A stretch of 64,000 nucleotides of DNA. Source: Octopus vulgaris. Taxonomy: Eukaryota. The translations under genes and the position numbers were made by a program. A model generated the notes under the pieces. That model saw only the letters and a list, made by a program, of their open reading frames with translations, searched no databases and was not told where the DNA came from. The DNA is taken from assembly GCA_951406725.2 (NCBI GenBank), contig OX597836.1:32736001-32800000 (forward strand), in the 5' to 3' direction. Below are positions 55,230 to 64,000 of this stretch, piece by piece (positions within the stretch are counted from its first letter, which is position 1; each line of letters opens with the position of its first letter).

Positions 55230-56150
55230 AGGGCAACGAAACCATCCTGCATGCACTCATCCAATGCCCGGGCTTTACTGACTTGTTGAGCTTTGTCAAA
55301 CAGCTTTTGTCATCTATAGGATGGATCCGGTTATCAGCTGAGTCCATCATACAGATTGACTTAGTCACCTTCGTTAGGCCAGGAAGGAAAGGCAGTTTTT
55401 TCTCTGTCTGCTGGCTATGGCGAAGGAGGTAGTGTGGTGGACAAGATTGAGAGGACTAAAGACAGATACTTTCCTCTTTGGCTGAGCCCTCATCAACTTT
55501 TTCAAGTTCCACTTGAAAAGTAAAGTGAAGGTAGAGAGGAAAGTTCTTCCCCCTCTTCCCCCAGTAAATTTGTTGAAAGTGGTTGATACCAGTGCCCCCT
55601 CACTGGCTCCTGTGCCGGTGGTATGTAAAAAGCACTATCAGAATGTGATCGATGCCATTCCCGCCTGAGTGGCTCCTGGAGGCATGTAAAAAGCACCCAC
55701 TATACTCTCAGAGTTGTTAGCATTAGCAAGGGCATCCAGCTGTAGCAATATTGCCAGATCAGACTGGAGCCTGGTGCAGCCACTGGCTCCCTGTACCTCA
55801 GTCAAACCGTCCAACCCATGCCAGCATGGAAAATGGACGTTAGAAGATGATGATGATGACGTGGGTGAATGTGGCGTAAGATGGCTCATGTGAATGGGCC
55901 TGCTCTGAACTTTTGCATGTAAACTAGAGGAGTTGAGGAGAAGAGTTACACCTGGTGGTCAGGATGTGTGGGGTTCCGTGGTTGTTCATGTGAGGAACTC
56001 CCTACTTTTGGGCTTTTTTTTAATTGTTTAATTGTTTTGTTAATTGTTTCTGTTACTTATTGTATACACAACATTGCTCAACACCCCACTTGTCCCCTGT
56101 ACTGAAATGTCCCTATTTGTTTTTGTGTTCAGTCCTTGTGGCCAATAAAG
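55230..56150 (+). mobile_element. Tx1/L1-like LINE 3' end interrupted by an RTE tail (55583-55860)
   Basis: [12 protein letters not shown] knuckle remnant, then VVWWTRLRGLKTDTFLFG. Sequence resumes after the insertion and ends in ccaataaag. Confidence 0.65.
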
Positions 56151-56381
56151 ACATCATTATTATTATGAAGGCAGTGAGCTGGCAGAACCATTAGCACACC
56201 AGGTAAAAACCTTAGCAGCATTTTGTCTGCCTTTATGTTCTGAGTTCAAATTCCACCAAGGTCGAATATGCCTTTCATCCATTCAGGGTCGATGAAATAA
56301 GTACCAGTTGAGTACTAGGGTCAATGTAATCAACTGGTCCCCTCCCACAAAATTTCAGGCCTTGTATCTTTTAGAGAAAGG

Positions 56382-56438
<57 letters not shown>

Positions 56439-56986
56439 ATTATTATTATTAGGAAATGACAAAAGAAAGTAAGAAGTCAAAACATGAATGAGAAGGGAGG
56501 CCTTTTTGGCAGTGTGGAAAATACAAAAGGGGATTCCTGGGCCTCCTGTGACCAGGGAACTGTTGGGATGTAGGGGTGAGGTGGCAGAGGGATTATTGGG
56601 GAGGCGGAAGGGAAGATGGCTTGTACAGGAACCATCACTACCATTCCACACACCTACCTCTTTGTCAACAGTTCACTACTTCACCACCACCACCGCCACT
56701 AGGCTTGACTATCAGAGGCTTTGCTGGAAGTACTACAGACACATACATATATACATGTACAGGCACTTTGATATACACACACACACACATATGTACATAC
56801 ATACATCATCATCATATATGTATATATATATACACTCACACACATCCTGTATATATGTGTGTGTGTATATATATATACATATATATATATACATATACAT
56901 ATATATATACTCACACACACCTTGTATATTCATATATATGTGTAAGCATATATGTATGTATATATATACGTATACATGTGTGTATA

Positions 56987-57049
<63 letters not shown>

Positions 57050-57090
57050 GACATATATATATATACACACACACATATATATATATTATA

Positions 57091-57149
<59 letters not shown>

Positions 57150-57156
57150 AAGTGTA

Positions 57157-57189
<33 letters not shown>

Positions 57190-57626
57190 CTTGTGTGTGT
57201 CTGTACGGAAGGGAGGCAGTTAAAAAGTGGAAGCATGAATGTGGGGAGGAAGGAAAGATGGTAGCAGGGGTGGGCGGGGGGTGGGCGGCTTTGTTGATGT
57301 TGGTGGCAGTGGAGATAGAGTTGTTGTTGTTGTTGTCGTTGCTATCGGTGGCAGTGAAAGGTTGTGCTAGACCTTGTTAAAAAGAAAACATGACTTCCAG
57401 GAGAAGAAGAGTTTAAGGGGGGAAAATGGAGGGTTAAAAAACAAAACAACCCTTAAAAGTTTTCACTGTGAAAGTCCTTTTTTTGTTTTGTTCTGTTTTT
57501 GTTTTTCTGCTCTTAGTATTTTTTTTATTCCTTTTTGTCTTTGTTTTTTTTTTTTTCTCCATGTTTATCTTGAGAATCTGTTAAATGCATCCATTTACTT
57601 GAGGCATGTCCCTACCCACTCTTGAT

Positions 57627-57660
<34 letters not shown>

Positions 57661-57667
57661 TATATAC

Positions 57668-57775
<108 letters not shown>

Positions 57776-58189
57776 GATGGGTGAGAGGGTGAGAATGTTG
57801 TGGTAGCTTTAGTGGTTATCATAGTGTCAATAATGGTAGTGGTGGTGGTGGTAAAAGTGGTGAGTTGTTGCTGCTGCTACTACTGCTGCTACTCCTGCTG
57901 CTGCTGCTTTTATACAATGTTTCTTCCTAAAAATGTATAATAAGTGGGCATAAGCATTTTTATATAAACTGAGGGGACTTTCAAATTGCACATGCAGGTT
58001 TAGTGAAATATTCCTCTACACCAATCATTACCAGTAAACTGTGGCCCTTGGGCCTTTTGGAAAGGCATGCCTAACAAAAAATTACCCTGCATTTATTTTT
58101 AGTAGTGTAGCCTGCCGGATGATGAGCCATGTCTCATGTGGCCCACTTCTCAAAAACGGTTGCCCCAGCCTCACCTATACAAAAGTATT

Positions 58190-58920
58190 GCCCAACATAG
58201 TCTTCATCATAAGCAATGCATTTGCACTCTTGTTGGACCTTAAACCCAACTCTCAAATCCTCTTTGTAAAAGATTCAGGTATGCACTGTTGGACCTATTT
58301 CTTCACAGCCACTTTCATCCCATCTCTATCATCAAACTGTTGTCCTTCAAAAAACTGAACCAGTGGAGTTTGGAGGGCACCAGATCTGGACTGTGCAGTG
58401 GGTGGGAAACTACTGGCCAGAACAATTTACCAATGGTCAGGTTTGTTGTCAAAGATGTCCGTGGTCGTGCATTCTCACTGTGAATGAGGAGCATTTTCTG
58501 ATTCTTGTTCAGGCGCTTCCTTTCCATGACTCTGCTAAGCTTTTGAGAGTTTCAATGTACCGCTCATTGTTCATGGAACAGTTACACTCCAGAAAATCAA
58601 GGAGGATGATGTTTCTGTTATTTCATAAATACAGCTATTTTGCCCTTCTTTGTTGATCTCCAGTTCTTGAAACTTCTTTGGCTTTTGAGAAGAGTTGTGA
58701 CACAATTCCATAGACATTGTTCTTGGATCACCCATATTTCATCTTCTGTCACTAGATTGGAAAGAAAAACAAAAAAAAAACGTTTTCATTGATTTCAAAT
58801 ACTTCCAGCTGATGTGGGTAGGCTTCTACCCTTCTCTCCTTCAAAACAAGTGCCAACTGCTGATGTACCCACTTTGTTCACAATTTCTGGTACCCAAACT
58901 CTTTTACTGTCTTCTGAATG
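58190..58920 (-). mobile_element. Old mariner transposase relic
   Basis: LIHSENARPRTS...WPVVSHPLHSPDLVPS, a decayed HDNARPH...HPPYSPDLAPS pattern. Confidence 0.65.
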
Positions 58921-60855
58921 CCATGGAAGCTTGTGGCTTAATTGTTAGGGTATTCATCTCATGAGCTTGAGTTCAATTCCTGGTGGCATGCTGTGCCCTT
59001 GAGCAGGACACTTTCAAGACTATTGAAAAGGTTGCAAGACGCAACGAAAATTTGAGGAAGAAGAAATAAGGACTAAGTGGAAATTTTACCGGTGAGTGTG
59101 TTAAATTATAAGGCACTAAAAGAAAATGACTCTCCCCAGACACAACAGAATATGCTTCAACACACGAACTCATATAAAGAATCTTGCAAACCAAATCCCA
59201 AAATGAAATATATGTTTTTATATATATACCTATTATTTTAAGGAAACTAATTTCCCCAAAATAGTAGGTATTGAACCAGTATTTCCTAGGATGAAACCAT
59301 CCCTTCATGCAGTTAACACAACTTATATATATATATATATATATATATGATCAACCCAGGGTACTTGCCCAAGGTGCCACACAGTAAGGCTGAACCCAAG
59401 ACCACATGAATGGTAGCAAGCTTCTTAACCACACATCATAAAATGCCTGCCTGATTTTATGATCGAAAGCAGTCCAACCATGACCATCCCATCTTCCATA
59501 TTTATTTCGTTCTCATTCTTCTTATTATTTTACTGATTTCATTCATTAGATTGCAGCCCTACTGCAGCAATATCTTTAAGGGTTTAAGTCAAGCATTGTT
59601 AACTAGCATTGATATTGACCCCAAGTACTTATTTTTTTTAGTCTGGTACTTATTTTATCAATCTCTATTGTTGAACCACTAAATTACTGGATGTAAACAT
59701 GGACACACACACACACACAAACATACATACAATTCCTCACATTGTCCTCTTTCTTTCTCAGTCCCTTTCTGTCTGTCTGTCTTTGTCTCCCCTCTCTCTC
59801 TCTCTCTCCTTCTCTCTCCCTGGCCCTCTCTCTTCTCTCTCTCTTTTGCATACCTACACAATACATACCACACTTCTAAAAAAATTAGTCCTGGGGTGGA
59901 TTTGTTTCACTAACCACCCCCCCCGCTCAAGGTGGTGCTCCAACATGGCCACAATTCAATAATTGTATCAAATAAAAGATTAAAGATAAAAAGAAGATCA
60001 TAGTTTGGAGCCTTTGATCATAAAAGTATTCAGGCAGAGCTGACCTTGGGCTAAATAACCACAACCAGCCAACCACCAACCACAACCATTACCATCACCA
60101 CCACCACCACCACCACCACCACCACTTCTTGTTTTACTAGTCCTGCAGCAAACCACTTAACATGCCATTTAACCTTGTTTCTATACCCCTGCCCATTTCT
60201 CCCACCCTACCCTTCTCTCTCCCTGTTTTGTCTCTCTGTTTGTCTCTCTATCTCTCTTTCCTTCTCTCTATCTCTTTCTAGTTTCCACTCTTATTACCCA
60301 CCACCTTACCATTTCAGCATTTAAAAAAAAAGAAAAAAAATGTGGTAAAAAAACACAAAAATTTGAAATAAAAATGAAAAATAACAAAAACCACAATTTG
60401 AAATACAAACAAAAAGTTAACAAAAAAACACCCTAACCTTTCGAAACATACATTAAAACAAAATAAAAATTCCTACCCTTTTTATAACAAACCACCCTCA
60501 ACTTAAAGTCAGCAGTAAAGTAATAAAAGCACTCATATTTTTTCACAGATTTTAGCTTATTATTATTATTATTATCATTATTATTATTATTATTAAGGTG
60601 GCCAGCTAGCAGAATTGTTAGTATGCTGTGCAAAATGCTTAGTGGCATTTTGTCTGTCTTTATGTTCTGAGTTCAAATTCTGCCGAGGTTGACTTTGCCT
60701 TTCATTCTTTCAGGGTCAGTAAAATAAGTACCAGTTACACACTGGGGGGGGGGGTCAATGTAATTTGACTAGTCCCCTCCCCCAAAATGTCAGACCGTGT
60801 GCCTATAGTAGAAAGGATCATTATTATTATTATTATTTTTATTATTATTATTATT

Positions 60856-61529
60856 CAGTAGTTTTATTTTTATAGCGTGCTTTCACTTCACTACCGAGCG
60901 CAGCTCTGTGTGCCTTGGGTATGTGCTGTGATTTGTTGTGATGCTCTGATGGTTATTGTATGGAAAGTGTTCTACGTAGGATGTGTGCAGTGCCTAGTAG
61001 TGCAATTTTCTGTATGTTATATGTGTTTGTAAGTCCTGGTGTTTTTATGTATTTGTCTGAATATTTTTTTATCATGCCTAATGCACCTACTATGATAGGA
61101 ATTGTTTCTGTTCTCAGATTCCACATTCTAGTTACCTCTATTTCCAGGTCTTTGTATTTTGAGAGTTTCTCCATTTCTTTTAGAGACACGTTGTCATCTG
61201 CCGGTATTGATACATCAATTAGAAAGCATTTTTTTCTTCATGATCTCTGACAACTATATCTGGTCTGTTGGCCTTAATTTCTCTATCTGTATGTATCGGC
61301 ATATCCCAGAGTATGGTTGCTTTCTCGTTTTCTGTGACCTTTTCTGGTGTGTGCCTATACCATCTTTTTTCTGTTGTTATTCCATAATGTTGGCATAGCT
61401 TCCAATGTATGTAGGTTCCAACTCTGTCATGTCTGTGAATATATTCCTTCTTAGCCAGGACTGGGCAGCTAGAGATAATATGATTTATTGTTTCTTGTCC
61501 ATCTCCACATATTCTGCAGTTACCTGTAA

Positions 61530-61532
<3 letters not shown>
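60856..61532 (-). mobile_element. R4/Dong-like non-LTR retrotransposon 3' end (CCHC knuckle plus restriction-like endonuclease), 5'-truncated
   Basis: CRICGDGQETINHIISSC...HRHDRV...ILWD...NRPDIVV, then after a frameshift IDVSIP...EMEKLSKYKDL...IPIIVGALG; stop at 60953. (TAA)n on both sides. Confidence 0.85.
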
Positions 61533-61578
<46 letters not shown>

Positions 61579-62589
61579 CATTATTATCATTATTATTATT
61601 ATTATTGAGAGAGCAGTGCATGCCATCAAAGGGAACTTGTAGTCATGGCCGATGCCAGAGTCGAGTAAATGGCACCCATGCTGGTGGCACATAAAAAGAA
61701 TATTCAGCGTCACAGAGGCAATGATAAATAACCAAGACCTTTGGTGAAATTTCCATGCTTGAGAAGACCTGTCAAGTCATGTGAAATTGTAGTTGTGGCT
61801 GATGCCAGTGTCATATAACTGGCACCTGTGCCAGTGGCTCCTAAAAAGCATCTGCTCTCAGAGTGGTTGGCATTAGGAAGGGCATCTAGTTGCAGAAACC
61901 ATGCCAAATCAGATTGGAACCTGTTGTAGCCCTTCACCTTCCCAATTTTAGTCAAACCATCAAACCTATGTCAGCATGGAAAGCAGACGCTAAATGATGA
62001 TGATGTTGATGAAGGTTTTGGCTGGTGTCATGGGGCTATAGAAAAAAAAAAAATCACTTGCCCAAGGTGCCAAGCAGCACAGGACTGAACCCAGAACCAT
62101 GTAGTCGGGAAGCAAACTTCTTTACCACACAGCCATGCCCACGACTACATTTCATTTCCTCAGCAGCAATGGCATTGTAATGGAATGTATTGTAGATGTG
62201 TAATCTATATCTCTTAGAGATATGACAATGGCAATAACTGGCAAGAACTACAACGCCACCATCATCATCATCATCGATATCATCACCACCACCGTCATCA
62301 TAATCATTATTGTTGTTGTCATCGCCATCATTGTCACCCTCATCATCGTTCGCACTTGAAGTCGTTCGTTTCATTGAAGTCACATAAATGTAACTGTTTA
62401 ATTATTCGCTTTGGCTTGCATTTTTGGGGCTTTTGTTTTCTTTAACAATATTTCCATTTAATAAACAGAATCCCTACAATGGAAATTATCTGGAAATAAT
62501 TTCACAAGTAATTATAATGTTTAGAAAATATTTTCAAGAGGAAATTATCCATAATAACTGCCATAAAACAGTTTCTTTTTTTTTTCTTT

Positions 62590-63330
62590 TCTGGTGGTGT
62601 TTTATCTCAAGATGGTGAGCTGGCTGTATTGTTAACAATTAGCACATTGGACAAAATGTTAAACAGCATTTTTCTTTATGTTCAGAGTTCGACTTCTGCT
62701 GAAGTTGATTTTGCCTCTCCTCCTTTCGGGGGTCAATGAAATAAGTACCAGTTATGCACTGGGATCGATGTGATCAGCTTTCCTCTCCACTCAGAAGCTG
62801 CTGACGCTGGGCCAAAATTTGAAACTATTATCATTAGTTCAAACTCCACCGAGGTCGACTTTACCATTCATCCTTTCGGTGTCAATGAAATAAGGACTAT
62901 TGAAATACTGGGGTCGAAGTAATCGACTCATCCCCTCCCCCCAAATCACTGACCTTCTAGCAAAATTTGAAACTATTATTATTAGTTCAAACTCCACCGA
63001 GGTAGGCTTTACCATTCATCCTTTCAGGGTTGATGAAGTAAGGACCACTGAAACACAGGCGTCGATGTAATCGACTCATCCCCTCACCGCAAATTGCTGA
63101 CCTTCTAGCAAAATTTGAAACTATTATCATTATCATTGGCAAGCTGGCAAAATCATTAGCATGCTGGACAAAATGCTTAGAGGTATTTTGCCATTGCTAT
63201 GTTCTGAATTCTAATTCCACCGAGGTCAACTTTGCCTCTCATCCTCTCGGGGTCACTAAATTAGTTGATGTGATCAACTACCCACCTCCTACAAATTTCA
63301 AGCCTTGTGCCTTTAGTAGAAAGGGTTATT
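62590..63330 (+). repeat. Tandem array of Nin/Deu-like SINE bodies (~150-bp units)
   Basis: Four iterations of gttc.aa.tcc.ccgaggtc.acttt.cc.ttcatcctttc.ggg...aaaatttgaaactatta. Confidence 0.75.
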
Positions 63331-63344
63331 ATTTTTATCATTAT

Positions 63345-63900
63345 TGAGTGAGAGAGCAGTGCATGCCATCAAAGTGACACTGGGGTAAAATATACAAAGC
63401 CCAGTATACCCATCATGACTACTCATCTGATAAGGGTACACCAGGCACATGCATCACAACCATATGTGCACGACATGGTGATCTCATATCAAGATAAATA
63501 GCACATGACCTTGTAGGTGGGGCCCAGTTAGAATTTTCTTCTGGTTGAGTAGCCCATCCCACTCAAAATGTCCCTGAATAAGGATTGTTTAAGGATGTTG
63601 AACAAACCACCCATGTTTCCAAAGGTGAATTATCCAAACCTCCAAGAATTCCTCTCAACACACGGCTATGATGCTCTCCCACTACTTCTGCTAGTAGTCA
63701 GAGATGCACATATCGTCAGCCTCTAAGGGACATGCTCAAGTGGTTAAGGTCAAACAACTGACAAGCAAATCTGTGGTATTGAGCAGAATATTTGCTGTAG
63801 CCCATCTTTTATACCAAGACAAAACAATGTACATGATAACACTTCCAATCAGTTAAGATCAGCAGCCATGGGAGCCACTGTCTGGTACTGCATCAGGGCA
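63345..63900. mobile_element. Unclassified ~555-bp interspersed element embedded in (ATT)n
   Basis: Partial copies at 47780-48115 and 61606-61631, also next to (ATT)n. Confidence 0.6.
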
Positions 63901-64000
63901 TTATTATTATTATTATTATTATTATGCAGTGAACTAGCAGTTATTAACATATTGAACAAGCAAAATGCTTAGCAGCTTTTCTTGTGGCTTTTTCCATTCT

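Overview
Eukaryotic, AT-rich, microsatellite-saturated DNA, most likely from an octopus or other coleoid cephalopod (inferred from the SINE families and repeat texture). I found one confident protein-coding feature: a 171-nt internal exon (1862-2032, +) of an otoferlin-type ferlin, covering part of a C2 domain. No next ferlin exon is recognisable, so the remaining ~62 kb appears to be one giant intron. It is filled with tRNA-derived SINEs (CORE-like and Nin/Deu-like), RTE, Tx1/L1-like, R4/Dong-like and Penelope-like retroelement fragments, maT and mariner transposase relics, MITEs and foldbacks. Nearly all entries in the ORF track are microsatellite artefacts. The most interesting signal is a set of minimal type-I hammerhead ribozyme motifs (CUGANGA...GAAA-palindrome-UH) from at least five sequence families, mostly on the ferlin sense strand. 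Five have intact cores (9182, 25866, 26609, 44297 on +; 41824 on -). Two identical copies lie 743 nt apart and could form a dimeric hammerhead. All calls were made by eye; repeat boundaries are approximate.
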